32,000 nucleotides of DNA from Vibrio alginolyticus NBRC 15630 = ATCC 17749 (lineage in GTDB: Bacteria; Pseudomonadota; Gammaproteobacteria; Enterobacterales; Vibrionaceae): positions 240,001-272,000 of the forward strand of contig NC_022349.1 in the NCBI RefSeq assembly GCF_000354175.2. Direction: 5' to 3'. The position numbers were made by a program, and so were the translations under genes. Numbering within the stretch: position 1 is the stretch's first letter; every line of letters begins with the position of its first letter. The notes under the pieces were generated by a model. It saw nothing but the letters and a program-made list of their open reading frames with translations, was not told where the DNA came from and did not search any database. Shown here piece by piece: positions 1 to 9,303 of this stretch.

Positions 1-809
1 GGTACCCAATCATTAAAGTCAGGCATCGCTTTAAGCAAGGCATCGGTGTACGGGTGCTTGGGTGCCGCAATGATTTTACTGGTATCGGCAGACTCCACCG
101 ACTGACCACAATACATTACCGTAATACGTCCTGCCCACTGTGTTATGGTCGCTAAGTCGTGGCCGATAAGCAGAATGGTTGTGTTATTAAGTTGGTTCAT
201 GCGGCTCAACAGACGCAAAATTTGCGATTGGGTAATCGGGTCTAAGTCGTTGGTTGGTTCATCTGCTATCAGCAATTTAGGTTTGGTCGCAATCGCCATG
301 GCAATCATGACCTTTTGACACTCACCATCAGTCAGTTCATAAGGGTAGCTACCCATTAAACGCTTGTGATCTTTAATACCCACTTTATGCAAAAGCGCGA
401 TGGCCTGTTTTTTACGCCATTTAAATCGCTCCCACCATTTCCCTTCAAATGCGCGAGATGGAATGGATTCAATCAATTGACGCCCGACTTCCTCTGAAGG
501 GTCAAGACAAGTTGAAGGCTCTTGGAAAATCATCGCAATATCACGAGCAATGACGCGCCGACGCTCTTTTGGCGTAAGCTGAAGCAAGTCAATATTGCCA
601 AGGCGCATACGGTCAGCGGTGATGCGCCAGTTATCTTTACTCACACCGACAATCGCTTTTGCAACTAAGCTTTTTCCAGAGCCAGACTCACCTACAAGAC
701 CACGAATTTCGCCTTCGTTCAAAGTTAGGCTCATTCGGTCAACGGCTTTGACCAACCCTTGAGGTGTTTCGATCTCAATGGTCAAATGTCGAATATCTAA
801 CAACGGCAT
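1..809 (-). CDS. sapD: SapD-type ABC transporter ATP-binding protein. Only the N-terminal ~269 codons are present; the C-terminus lies beyond the window start.
   Basis: Absent from the ORF track because it is open at the window edge. Reverse-strand translation from the ATG at ~807-809 reads [47 protein letters not shown], with Walker A GESGSGKS. The start overlaps the sapC stop (TAATG). It sits downstream of sapA-sapB-sapC. Confidence 0.85.
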   Translation of the reverse strand, partial: MPLLDIRHLTIEIETPQGLVKAVDRMSLTLNEGEIRGLVGESGSGKSLVAKAIVGVSKDNWRITADRMRLGNIDLLQLTPKERRRVIARDIAMIFQEPSTCLDPSEEVGRQLIESIPSRAFEGKWWERFKWRKKQAIALLHKVGIKDHKRLMGSYPYELTDGECQKVMIAMAIATKPKLLIADEPTNDLDPITQSQILRLLSRMNQLNNTTILLIGHDLATITQWAGRITVMYCGQSVESADTSKIIAAPKHPYTDALLKAMPDFNDWV

Positions 810-1696
810 TATTCGATCCCCGCATTAAGCGCTTGACGTACACCTTCACCTACTAAGTTTAGGGTAATAACAGTAAACATGATGGTCAGGCCGGGTAGGG
901 TCACTGTCCAAGGTGCAATATAAATAAGCTCGACAGAGTCACCTAATATTGCTCCCCACTCGGTGCTTGGTGCCTGTGCGCCTAGGCCAAGAAAACCCAG
1001 TGCCGTAATATCTAAAATCGCAGCAGAGAGCGCGAGTGTGATTTCAGCGGCAATGACCGTCAGAATGTTAGGAAGAATTGAACTCCACAGTAAGTAGAAA
1101 TCATTAGCGCCATCAAGGCGTGCTGCCATTATGTAGTCTTTTTCAACTTCGGTGTGGACTGCGATATAAACGGAGCGAATAAAACGCGGAATCAAAGCCA
1201 AGCAGATTGCGAGTAAAATATTGAACCCACCAAAGCCTAGAAATGCCACAAAAATGATTGCTAATAAGAGCGACGGGATCGACATGACGGTATCGAGCAA
1301 GTGGTTGAGAGTACTCGACAGTAAGCCTTTCGTCATACCTGCCAATACGCCAATTAAACAGCCTACAACGGCAGCAATTGCGGTGATGGCGACAGCAGCG
1401 CCAAATGTCAGCTGAGAGCCCATAATCAGGCGCGAAAGAATATCTCTACCTAAGTCATCGGTCCCCAAAAAGTAATCAACCGTTCCTGCTGGAGCCCATG
1501 ATGGCGGCACAAGCAACTCACCTGACTGTGCTTGGGCGTCAAATGGTGCAAGTAGGGGGGCAAAAATGGTAATAAGGACGATAAACACCAAGCACCACAA
1601 GCCAAACATGGCTAGTCCGTTGGCGCGGTAGCTTCGCCAAAAACGCTCAAACTGTGTTGGAATGCGCTCTTCCTGATAAACGTTATTTGTTAGCAT
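809..1696 (-). CDS. sapC: Peptide/polyamine ABC transporter permease SapC
   Basis: 295-aa multi-TM protein of the binding-protein-dependent permease type. It overlaps the sapB end by 14 nt and the sapD start by 1 nt, which suggests translational coupling. Confidence 0.85.
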   Translation of the reverse strand: MLTNNVYQEERIPTQFERFWRSYRANGLAMFGLWCLVFIVLITIFAPLLAPFDAQAQSGELLVPPSWAPAGTVDYFLGTDDLGRDILSRLIMGSQLTFGAAVAITAIAAVVGCLIGVLAGMTKGLLSSTLNHLLDTVMSIPSLLLAIIFVAFLGFGGFNILLAICLALIPRFIRSVYIAVHTEVEKDYIMAARLDGANDFYLLWSSILPNILTVIAAEITLALSAAILDITALGFLGLGAQAPSTEWGAILGDSVELIYIAPWTVTLPGLTIMFTVITLNLVGEGVRQALNAGIE

Positions 1697-2645
1697 ACCA
1701 TTCCTTTCGAACTAAAGGGTTAATCATCGCGCCAATCAAATCCGAGAGTATGTTAGCGGTAAGAACCAAAGTCGCAAGTACCATCACGCCAGCTTGGATA
1801 GATGCATAGTCTTGGCTTGCTAGCGCATCTAAAAGCCAACGACCAATACCTGGCCAGTTAAAAATAGACTCCGTGATGATAGCTAAGGTAATCATACTCG
1901 AAAGTTGAACACCAACCTTGGGAATGATAGGCGGTATCGCATTCCGCAATACATGTTGAGTTACGATTTCGCGGTTAGAAAGACCTTTGATTCTCGCTGC
2001 ACGGATGTAGTTTTGGCTCATCACTTCCGCTACCGAGGAGCGCATTAGTCCGACAACCTGGGTGGTTGGAGCCAAAGCAAGCACCAAACATGGCAGCACC
2101 ATATGCTCAATGACGCTTTGCAGTGCGTGAGCGCGGTATTCACCTTTCGCCATGAATGCGTCGATAATGGCAAATCCGGTTACATGATCAATTTCGTAAA
2201 GCAGGTCATATCGTCCTGCCACGGGAAAGAGTTGGTACTCTAATGAAAAAACCATGATAAGTAACAGAGCCACCCAAAAAATTGGGGCGGAATAACCAGA
2301 CATCGACATGAATGAAATGCTGGTGTCGAGCCATTTACCTTGCTTCATCCCAGCCACGGTTCCAAGTGGAATACCGATCAAAAGGGACACCAAAAAGGCA
2401 AAAAAGCACAGTTCCAAAGTGGCAGGGAATACGACGGCGAGCTCGTCATAAATCGCGTTGCCGTTTTTACTTATGCCAAAATCAAGCTGAGAAAGGTTGA
2501 TTAAGTAAGTTTGCCAACCAGACCAAAAATCAACGTTTGCCCAGTGCGAGAGAGGGTCAAGGCGAAGCAGAGAAAAACCCACTAATGTAAGGATCATCAA
2601 AGTGATGATAAATAGGTTAAAGCGTCGAACGGTATACCAAAACAT
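1683..2645 (-). CDS. sapB: Peptide/polyamine ABC transporter permease SapB
   Basis: 320-aa multi-TM DppB/OppB-like permease. Its start abuts the sapA stop with a 1-nt overlap. Confidence 0.85.
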   Translation of the reverse strand: MFWYTVRRFNLFIITLMILTLVGFSLLRLDPLSHWANVDFWSGWQTYLINLSQLDFGISKNGNAIYDELAVVFPATLELCFFAFLVSLLIGIPLGTVAGMKQGKWLDTSISFMSMSGYSAPIFWVALLLIMVFSLEYQLFPVAGRYDLLYEIDHVTGFAIIDAFMAKGEYRAHALQSVIEHMVLPCLVLALAPTTQVVGLMRSSVAEVMSQNYIRAARIKGLSNREIVTQHVLRNAIPPIIPKVGVQLSSMITLAIITESIFNWPGIGRWLLDALASQDYASIQAGVMVLATLVLTANILSDLIGAMINPLVRKEWYANK

Positions 2646-4264
2646 CAGTGAATTCTCTCAACTCTATCAAACGGTTGGGCATTGAAAGGGCTTGATTTGA
2701 AGCCTGTCAGCGATTTGTCGTGCACACGGAACTGCACGCCATGCGCCAGAGGAATAACCGGGAACTCTTGATTCAAAATGTTCTGTGCTTGGCGATATAG
2801 GTTCAAACGGTAACGCGGTTCTTGAGTTTCTAACGCCAAATCGAGCAAGAAATCGAAGTCATCGTTACACCACATGGACACGTTAAGGCCAACGCGGTCA
2901 GACTCGCAAGATAATAAAGGGCGGAAAAAGTTGTCAGGATCCCCGGTATCACCAATCCAACCTGTTAAAAGTAAATCGATATCGTTGATGTTCTCCAAAT
3001 CCACACGTTCAAACCTATCATCGGTCAGTAGCGTTAATTTAACCCCAATATCGGCAAAATTCGCTTGGATTAACTCCGCAGTCTTGCGAGGGCTTGGGTT
3101 AAAAGCACGTGGTTCAAGTGGTACCCACATGGTCAATTCTAGGCCGTCTTCGTAGCCTGCATCTCGAAGTAGTGCCAATGCATAATTCCGGTCATAACGA
3201 ATTTTTACGCTGTCTTTTTGATAAGCCCATGAATTTGGTGGTAGCAAGGTATAAGCTTGGGAGCCAGTTCCGTAGTAAACCGAATCTAAAATATTTTGAC
3301 GGTTGATCGCTAAGTTAAGAGCTTGGCGAACTCGAGCATCACTCAGCGCGGTGGTTTCTGTGTTTATCGCAATAAAGGAAACGTTGTTAGCTGGTGTAGC
3401 CGTCAGCTCAAGGTTGTCATTTTCTTGAATGACAGGTATTTGGCTCGAAATAGGTGAAGAGAGTACGTCACACTCGTTTCTTAAAAGTTTAGCTAATGTA
3501 CCCGTGCCTCTGTGAGAGATATCGAACACCACTTGTTCCATTTTTGCTGGTGACTTCCAGTAATTAGAATGACGCTCTAATCGAATCAAATCGTTCACTT
3601 GGTACTCTTTTAATTGATAAGGGCCGGTACCGATAGGAAGTTGGTCGATTTCTTCTTTATGATCTTTTGCTGCCAATTGCTGTCCATACTCCGCAGACAA
3701 GATAACCGCATGGCTGGTGGCAATATTGGCCAAGAAAGAAAAGTTTGGCTGAGATAACGTAAACCTTACCGTATGCTCATCTATTGCAACCACGTCTTGG
3801 AGTAGGTTTTGAAAATCTAACCCTGCAAACCATGGATAAAAACCACCACCTACTTGGTGAAAAGGATGGTCTACATCGATGATTCGCTTGAAGCTAAATA
3901 CCACATCTTTTGCATTCAATGGGCGAGTGGGTGTGAACCAAGGCGTGGTTTGGAATTTAACACCACGTTTAAGCTTAAACGTGTATTCCGTCCCTGATTC
4001 ATTTACTGACCAACTCTCGGCGATGCTTGCCACGGGCTGATGTGATTTAGGATCGAGCGTGAGCAGCGTATCGTACAGCTGCGGGCTCAGAGCCTCTGCG
4101 GTAATACCGCTATCAATAAGCTGAGGGTTAAACGTGGTCGGCTTACCCTGTCCGCAAAACACAAAGCCAGCTTTGCGAATATCATTGTGGTCAATTTCAT
4201 CGCCACAAGCGGTAAGTAGGCTAATCCCAATAAGGCTCAGCGATAATCTTATAAAAGCATTCAT
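2645..4264 (-). CDS. sapA: Family-5 (peptide/nickel type) periplasmic substrate-binding protein SapA
   Basis: 539-aa protein with an N-terminal signal sequence ending LLTAC. It is the first gene of the sapABCD cluster and lies adjacent to pspF. Confidence 0.8.
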   Translation of the reverse strand: MNAFIRLSLSLIGISLLTACGDEIDHNDIRKAGFVFCGQGKPTTFNPQLIDSGITAEALSPQLYDTLLTLDPKSHQPVASIAESWSVNESGTEYTFKLKRGVKFQTTPWFTPTRPLNAKDVVFSFKRIIDVDHPFHQVGGGFYPWFAGLDFQNLLQDVVAIDEHTVRFTLSQPNFSFLANIATSHAVILSAEYGQQLAAKDHKEEIDQLPIGTGPYQLKEYQVNDLIRLERHSNYWKSPAKMEQVVFDISHRGTGTLAKLLRNECDVLSSPISSQIPVIQENDNLELTATPANNVSFIAINTETTALSDARVRQALNLAINRQNILDSVYYGTGSQAYTLLPPNSWAYQKDSVKIRYDRNYALALLRDAGYEDGLELTMWVPLEPRAFNPSPRKTAELIQANFADIGVKLTLLTDDRFERVDLENINDIDLLLTGWIGDTGDPDNFFRPLLSCESDRVGLNVSMWCNDDFDFLLDLALETQEPRYRLNLYRQAQNILNQEFPVIPLAHGVQFRVHDKSLTGFKSSPFNAQPFDRVERIH

Positions 4265-4469
4265 AATATGAAATGTTCATTGGATCTTGCTCGTTTCGTT
4301 TGATCTTACTCTTTCAAAGCTAACAAGCGAAAATGATCTCGCTAATTTATCACCTTTGTGAACTCGCTCCAAACATAAAATCCATACACTGTAAGGTGTT
4401 ATGCCATAAATGCATGCGAATTAGAGCGCAGTCACGAGCTCGTGTATTGATTGAGTTCTCTCGGTCAAG

Positions 4470-5477
4470 TTAGCTTTGTCCGACCAAACCATATTTTCTA
4501 ACCATCCCTCGTAATTGGTGATAGCTCAAGCCAAGTAGCTCGGCTGCTTGTCGTTGATTAAACTTGGCTTCTTCCAATGCACGATTGAGTAAATGGATAT
4601 CTTGTTCCTCTTGCCATTGTTTATAGTCTAGAGGGAATTGGATGGTGTTGCTTGATGCTTCCTCTTCTTGTTGTTCTGCTTGTTTTGCACTATGGCCAAG
4701 CGCGCTGTGCCAAACCGTTTCAAAGGGATTGAAAACCAGTTCATCAATTGGGTGAGCATTCAGACCATGTTGGTAAATCGCACGTTCAATCACGTTTTTT
4801 AGTTCGCGGACGTTACCGGGCCATTCATATTCAATAAGCGACTGCTGCGCTTTTGGGGTAAAACCGACAAAGTATTCCAGTTGCAGTTCACGACACATTT
4901 TCATCGCGTAGTGCTCTGCTAAAGAGAGAATGTCTTCTTTGCGCTCGCGAAGAGGCGGTAACATAATGACATCGAAGGCTAGCCTGTCGAGCAGATCTGC
5001 ACGAAAATCACCTTGCTCTGCCAATTTTGGTAGGTCGGCATTGGTTGCACAAACAAGTCGAACATCCGCATTGAGAGCGGTATGACCGCCAACTCGCTCA
5101 TATTCACCATATTCAATGACACGTAATAGCTTTTCTTGAACTAAAAGTGGTGCGGTTGCCAGTTCGTCAAGGAACAAAGTACCGCCCTCGGCACGCTCGA
5201 AACGCCCTTTATGCTTACCTTTAGAGCCCGTGAAGGAGCCGGATTCATGTCCAAACAATTCGGAATCTATTAGCCCTTCGCTTAATGTCGCACAGTTGAG
5301 TGATAGTAGTGGTTTATCCCAACGTCTTGATAAATAATGCAAACGCTGAGCGATGAGTTCTTTACCCGTACCTCGCTCACCAATGATGAGGACAGGGCGC
5401 TCAATGGGTGCAAGTTGTGATACTTTATCTAGTACAGCGAGAAAAGCAGGTGATTCACCAATCAGGTTTTGCTTCAT
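4470..5477 (-). CDS. pspF: Sigma-54-dependent psp operon activator PspF (AAA+ enhancer-binding protein with no N-terminal sensory domain)
   Basis: Contains Walker A GERGTGKE, L1 loop GSFTGS, GGTLFLDE and a C-terminal HTH (QRQAAELLGLSYHQLR). It is divergent from pspA. The track ORF starts at 5507 with no Shine-Dalgarno. The ATG at 5477 (MKQNLIGES) is preceded by AAGAAGGAtttt and is preferred. Confidence 0.9.
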   Translation of the reverse strand: MKQNLIGESPAFLAVLDKVSQLAPIERPVLIIGERGTGKELIAQRLHYLSRRWDKPLLSLNCATLSEGLIDSELFGHESGSFTGSKGKHKGRFERAEGGTLFLDELATAPLLVQEKLLRVIEYGEYERVGGHTALNADVRLVCATNADLPKLAEQGDFRADLLDRLAFDVIMLPPLRERKEDILSLAEHYAMKMCRELQLEYFVGFTPKAQQSLIEYEWPGNVRELKNVIERAIYQHGLNAHPIDELVFNPFETVWHSALGHSAKQAEQQEEEASSNTIQFPLDYKQWQEEQDIHLLNRALEEAKFNQRQAAELLGLSYHQLRGMVRKYGLVGQS

Positions 5478-5531
5478 AAAATCCTTCTTATTTAACAGCC
5501 GAGCCATGATTCAGGGATAGAGTTGGTAAAT

Positions 5532-5550
5532 TTCACCAACAGTTGGTGAA
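5532..5550. promoter_or_regulatory. Putative PspF enhancer (UAS): perfect palindrome TTCACCAAC-A-GTTGGTGAA
   Basis: A 9-1-9 perfect inverted repeat read directly. It overlaps a second repeat, GTTGGTaaatttcACCAAC, starting at ~5522. It lies ~75-90 bp upstream of the pspA -24 element and next to the pspF start, matching the E. coli psp layout. Confidence 0.6.
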
Positions 5551-5591
5551 AAACATCATAGCACAATAGTGTGTAACGACAACAAAATGAA

Positions 5592-5604
5592 TAACGCTCT
5601 GATT
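5592..5604 (-). promoter_or_regulatory. IHF-like site between the UAS and the sigma-54 promoter
   Basis: The reverse strand reads AATCAGagcgTTA, which fits WATCAR-N4-TTR. Its position between enhancer and promoter is as expected for psp. Confidence 0.4.
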
Positions 5605-5621
5605 TAAAAGAAAATTATAAG

Positions 5622-5638
5622 TTGGCACGTTACTTGTT
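5622..5638 (+). promoter_or_regulatory. Sigma-54 (-24/-12) promoter of pspABC
   Basis: TTGGCACgttacTTGTTA. TGGCAC is at 5623-5628 and the -12 region TTGT has canonical spacing. It lies ~70 nt upstream of the pspA ATG. Confidence 0.75.
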
Positions 5639-5709
5639 ATATATTCAGGGAGACACAAGGTTAATCACCACCTTGTCGAGTTTTAATAGGAAAAAAGAGG
5701 AGTTCCGTT

Positions 5710-6381
5710 ATGGGTATTTTTTCTCGATTTGCAGATATCGTTAACTCAAACATCAGTGCATTACTGGACAAGGCGGAAGATCCTGAAAAAATGATCCGTC
5801 TTATCATTCAAGAAATGGAAGACACACTTGTTGAAGTGCGTACTAACTCGGCTAAAGCGATTGCAGACAAGAAAGAGTTGGCTCGTAAGGTTGAAACGTT
5901 AGAAGAGCAAATTGGCGAATGGGGCCAAAAAGCGAGCTTAGCATTAGTGAAAGAGCGTGAAGATCTAGCTCGTGCAGCGTTAATTGAAAAGCAAAAGCTA
6001 GAGCAAGTGATTAAAGGCCTCCACACTGAGCAAACCTTAGTGGAAGAAACGATCGATAAGCTTACTGGCGAGATTGGTAAGTTGGAAAGCAAAATTGCCG
6101 AAACGCGCGCAAAACAGCAAGCACTAGCAATTCGTAACCAAACTGCATCTAACCGTCGTGATGTGCAAAAACACCTGCACACTAGCCGTACTAATGAAGC
6201 GATGGCGAAATTTGAGCAGTACTCACGTAAAGTGGATGAAATGGAAGCGGAAGCAGACTTGTATGCTCAAACTGGTAATGCTAAATCGCTAGAACAAGAG
6301 TTTGCAGAGTTGCAGGCACAAGACGAAATTGAAAAAGAGTTGGCAAAACTGAAAGAACAGATGTCATCGAAAGATAAATAA
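5710..6381 (+). CDS. pspA: Phage shock protein A
   Basis: Begins MGIFSRFADIVNSNISALLDKAEDPEKMIRLIIQEMEDTLVEVR, close to the E. coli PspA N-terminus. Coiled-coil composition. Shine-Dalgarno GAGGAG upstream. Confidence 0.95.
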   Translation: MGIFSRFADIVNSNISALLDKAEDPEKMIRLIIQEMEDTLVEVRTNSAKAIADKKELARKVETLEEQIGEWGQKASLALVKEREDLARAALIEKQKLEQVIKGLHTEQTLVEETIDKLTGEIGKLESKIAETRAKQQALAIRNQTASNRRDVQKHLHTSRTNEAMAKFEQYSRKVDEMEAEADLYAQTGNAKSLEQEFAELQAQDEIEKELAKLKEQMSSKDK

Positions 6382-6395
6382 GAAAGGAGCCATTT

Positions 6396-6629
6396 ATGTC
6401 GGCATTTTTTATAGCAGGACCAGTGATTGTCTTTTTAATCTTTGTCGCTCCACTATGGCTCTTCTTACACTATCGCAGCAAACGCAAAACAGATAGTGCA
6501 CTGTCGAGCCAAGATTTAGAGCGCCTTCAGGTACTATCTGAAAAAGCGGAAGCGATGCAGTCCCGAGTTGATACATTGGAGCGCATCTTGGATGCTGAGT
6601 CACCAACATGGAGACGAAAGTATGAATAA
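6396..6629 (+). CDS. pspB: Phage shock protein B
   Basis: 77-aa single-TM protein (FFIAGPVIVFLIFVAPLWLFLHYRSKRK) following pspA, with Shine-Dalgarno AAGGAG. Confidence 0.9.
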   Translation: MSAFFIAGPVIVFLIFVAPLWLFLHYRSKRKTDSALSSQDLERLQVLSEKAEAMQSRVDTLERILDAESPTWRRKYE

Positions 6630-7011
6630 TCGAGAACTGTATCGTGACCCAGTAAATGGCAAAATCTCCGGTGTTTGCGCCGGAATTGCCAACTACTTTG
6701 GTGCAGAAGTTTGGTTGATTCGTATTGTAGTGATTTCTGCAGCGCTGTTAGGTGGTACGTTTTTGGTATTGCTAGCGTACATCGCGATGGCGTTTATGTT
6801 AGAAAAGCAACCAGTAACGTATTCTGAAAATATCAGAGCGCAGCAAGAGCATACGCTCAAAAGTAAGCCTTGGCAGAAAGGGCAAAGCCCTGATCAACTG
6901 CTCAGTGTGTTGGAAAGGGATTTTGACCGTCTTGATGTCAAAATTCGTAACATGGAAGCTTATGTTACGTCTGATACATATAGGGTGAACAGAGAATTCA
7001 GTAAGCTCTAG
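6622..7011 (+). CDS. pspC: Phage shock protein C
   Basis: Has the PspC-domain motif GKISGVCAGIANYFG plus a TM segment. The start is set at MNNRELY (ATGAATAA overlap with the pspB stop). The track ORF start at 6568 would lie inside pspB. Confidence 0.88.
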   Translation: MNNRELYRDPVNGKISGVCAGIANYFGAEVWLIRIVVISAALLGGTFLVLLAYIAMAFMLEKQPVTYSENIRAQQEHTLKSKPWQKGQSPDQLLSVLERDFDRLDVKIRNMEAYVTSDTYRVNREFSKL

Positions 7012-7040
7012 GCATTTTATATCCAAAGAAGATTTAACTG

Positions 7041-7067
7041 AAGCAGGCATAAAGCCTGCTTTTTTAT
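7041..7067 (+). terminator. Rho-independent terminator of pspABC
   Basis: AAGCAGGC-ataaa-GCCTGCTT stem followed by a T-run, 30 nt after the pspC stop. Confidence 0.85.
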
Positions 7068-7163
7068 CACAAATTACTAATTTTAAAGCACTATTAATCT
7101 TTTCTGCTCTGGAAGTTCGTTCAAAATTCATCTACTTTAAAAATAATCCCCCAATTTTTATGG

Positions 7164-8204
7164 ATGAATGTAATGAGAAGATTGCTCATTCCTATTGCCA
7201 TCTCGGCTGTCTTGTCGGGGTGCGGTAAAGAACTTCCTCCTGTTCCTGAACCTGAATCGCGCCCTGCGAAGCTATTTACAGTATCTGTTGGCAATGCCCA
7301 GTTTGAGCGACATTTTCCTGCCACGACGGAAGCTGGCGATAGAGCAGTACTGACATTTCGAGTTCCTGGGCTTCTTCAAACGATAGAAGTGAATGAAGGT
7401 CAAGTCGTCAGTAAAGGTGATGTTTTGGCGTCATTAAACCCAGATGAATATTCTCTGCTCGAACAGCAAGCTCGGGCAAATTTTTTGCTCGCAGATGTGC
7501 AATACAAGCGATACCAAAAGCTACGTAAAGACCAAGTAGTATCTGAGCAAGATTTTGATGAGGCAAAAGCGAATCACAACTCAGCAAAAGCTCAATGGAA
7601 TCAAGCAAAGGCAAACTTAAGATATACCAAACTTGTCGCGCCATATGATGGCACTATTTCGTACATTCCAGCAGAAAACCATGAATATGTTGCCGCGAAA
7701 GAAGGGGTGATGAATATTCAGTCCAACCAACTCCTCAAAGTGATATTCCAAATCCCAGACTATCTTCTAAATCGTTACACGCAGGGGAGCGATGTCTCTG
7801 CCAGAATGATATTTGATGCGTTCCCCGAGCAAGCCTTTGACTTAACCTTTCAGGAAATCGATACAGAAGCCGACCCTAAAACGGGCAGTTACAAAGTCAC
7901 GATGGTCATGGAGCGACCAGCAGAAATAGGCCTTTTGCCGGGAATGTCTGGCAATGCTTACCTCCTGTCCAAAAGTGCAGGAGCGACAAAGATTCCTAAC
8001 TCCGCGTTGCTAGAAGAGAACGGCAAAACATACGTTTGGCGTGTCGATGAGCAAGGCATTGTGTCCAAAGCCGCAATTGAGATGAATGACAAAAATCAAG
8101 TGTTAGCCGGGCTTAGCGATGGCGACCAAATCATTATCTCGGGTGTCAGTGTAATTGAACCCGGAATTAAGGTAAGAGCGTGGATTAAGGAAAGAGGGTT
8201 GTAA
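7164..8204 (+). CDS. vexI: RND efflux periplasmic adaptor (membrane fusion protein) 1, lipoprotein
   Basis: HlyD/AcrA-type adaptor with lipobox LSGC near the N-terminus. First of two tandem adaptors upstream of an RND pump. The symbol comes from remembered V. cholerae synteny (psp - vexIJK - tag), not from a search. The start could instead be the ATG at 7173. Confidence 0.75.
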   Translation: MNVMRRLLIPIAISAVLSGCGKELPPVPEPESRPAKLFTVSVGNAQFERHFPATTEAGDRAVLTFRVPGLLQTIEVNEGQVVSKGDVLASLNPDEYSLLEQQARANFLLADVQYKRYQKLRKDQVVSEQDFDEAKANHNSAKAQWNQAKANLRYTKLVAPYDGTISYIPAENHEYVAAKEGVMNIQSNQLLKVIFQIPDYLLNRYTQGSDVSARMIFDAFPEQAFDLTFQEIDTEADPKTGSYKVTMVMERPAEIGLLPGMSGNAYLLSKSAGATKIPNSALLEENGKTYVWRVDEQGIVSKAAIEMNDKNQVLAGLSDGDQIIISGVSVIEPGIKVRAWIKERGL

Positions 8205-8205
8205 T

Positions 8206-9303
8206 ATGAAAGGAATCATCTCTCTAGCGACTTTACTTTCAACGCTTTTTCTCGTCGGCTGTGTGGATAATGCGCCAGAAAAAGAGCTCGAAACGCCACG
8301 AGTTAGGGTTACGTCATTAGCGGGAAACAAGGTGGACGACAACTTGTACTTCCCTGCGGTTGCGAATGCAGCGGATCGCTCTCATTTGAGCTTCAGAGTG
8401 ACAGGAGAAGTCAGCCGCATCATGGTAAAAGAGGGCGACAAAGTCACGAAGGGTGATGTTATTGCAACGCTAGATCCCACGGACTATGAGTTGGATGTAG
8501 ATAATGCGAGTGCGCGTTTTTCTGTTGTCGACAGTCAGTATCGCCGCTCACGCCCTTTGGTTGATAAAGGCCTATTAGCTAAGTCTCAGTTTGATGAAAT
8601 TGCAGCACAACGACAAATCGCCTTAGCTGAGCTTCAGTTAGCCAAACTTCGTCTATCATTTACTGCCTTAAAAGCGCCCGTGGATGGGATTATTTCGCGA
8701 GTTAATATCGACCAATTCGAAAATGTTCAAGTCGGACAGCATATCGTTAATATTCACAGCTTGGAGCGAGTCGAAGTGTTGATTCAGCTTCCAGACCGCC
8801 TCTATGTGAACCAACCGCCAACGGAAGAAAGGCTTACCGCGATCAAAGCATTAGTGCGCGTGCCCAGCGGTAACGAATATAACGCGACGGTAAAAGAATT
8901 TACGACTGAGCCCGATCCAACAACAGGTACGTTTACTGTCACACTGTCGCTTCCTATGCCGGAAGAAGAGTACATCCTAGATGGGATGGCTGTTGAAGTA
9001 ACGTCTAAAGACGAGAATGTTGGGCTTGATCTCAACCTAGGAATTAATGTCCCTATCGAAGCCATTTTTAATGCGGATGGTGACGAGCTGGGGCGCGAAA
9101 ACAAATTTGTTTGGGTACTGAATGACGACAATACGGTATCGCGCAAACAGGTGCGAGCAGGTAAGGCATCTAAAACGTCCATTCAAATCCTTGATGGTCT
9201 CATGCTCAAAGACAAAGTTGTGATTGCCGGTGTTTCTCGATTAAGGGATGGCATGAAAGTGGAAGTGATACAGGAAATGGCTACGCAGGAGGCCGGTCTA
9301 TGA
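8206..9303 (+). CDS. vexJ: RND efflux periplasmic adaptor (membrane fusion protein) 2, lipoprotein
   Basis: Second AcrA-like adaptor with lipobox LVGC. There is a 1-nt gap after the first adaptor and an ATGA overlap with the pump gene. Confidence 0.75.
   Translation: MKGIISLATLLSTLFLVGCVDNAPEKELETPRVRVTSLAGNKVDDNLYFPAVANAADRSHLSFRVTGEVSRIMVKEGDKVTKGDVIATLDPTDYELDVDNASARFSVVDSQYRRSRPLVDKGLLAKSQFDEIAAQRQIALAELQLAKLRLSFTALKAPVDGIISRVNIDQFENVQVGQHIVNIHSLERVEVLIQLPDRLYVNQPPTEERLTAIKALVRVPSGNEYNATVKEFTTEPDPTTGTFTVTLSLPMPEEEYILDGMAVEVTSKDENVGLDLNLGINVPIEAIFNADGDELGRENKFVWVLNDDNTVSRKQVRAGKASKTSIQILDGLMLKDKVVIAGVSRLRDGMKVEVIQEMATQEAGL

Noticed and set aside
5808-6182. Antisense or embedded ORFs in the six-frame track. 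Examples: 5808-6182 inside pspA, 1221-1415, 2312-2500, 2874-3306, 8802-9182, 14311-14692, 15436-16194, 19338-19754, 20058-20528, 20895-21518, 25066-25577, 28411-29905.
   Set aside because: Each lies wholly inside a longer, homology-supported gene on the other strand or in another frame. They have skewed Ser/Arg/Cys-rich composition, no Shine-Dalgarno and no recognisable motifs.
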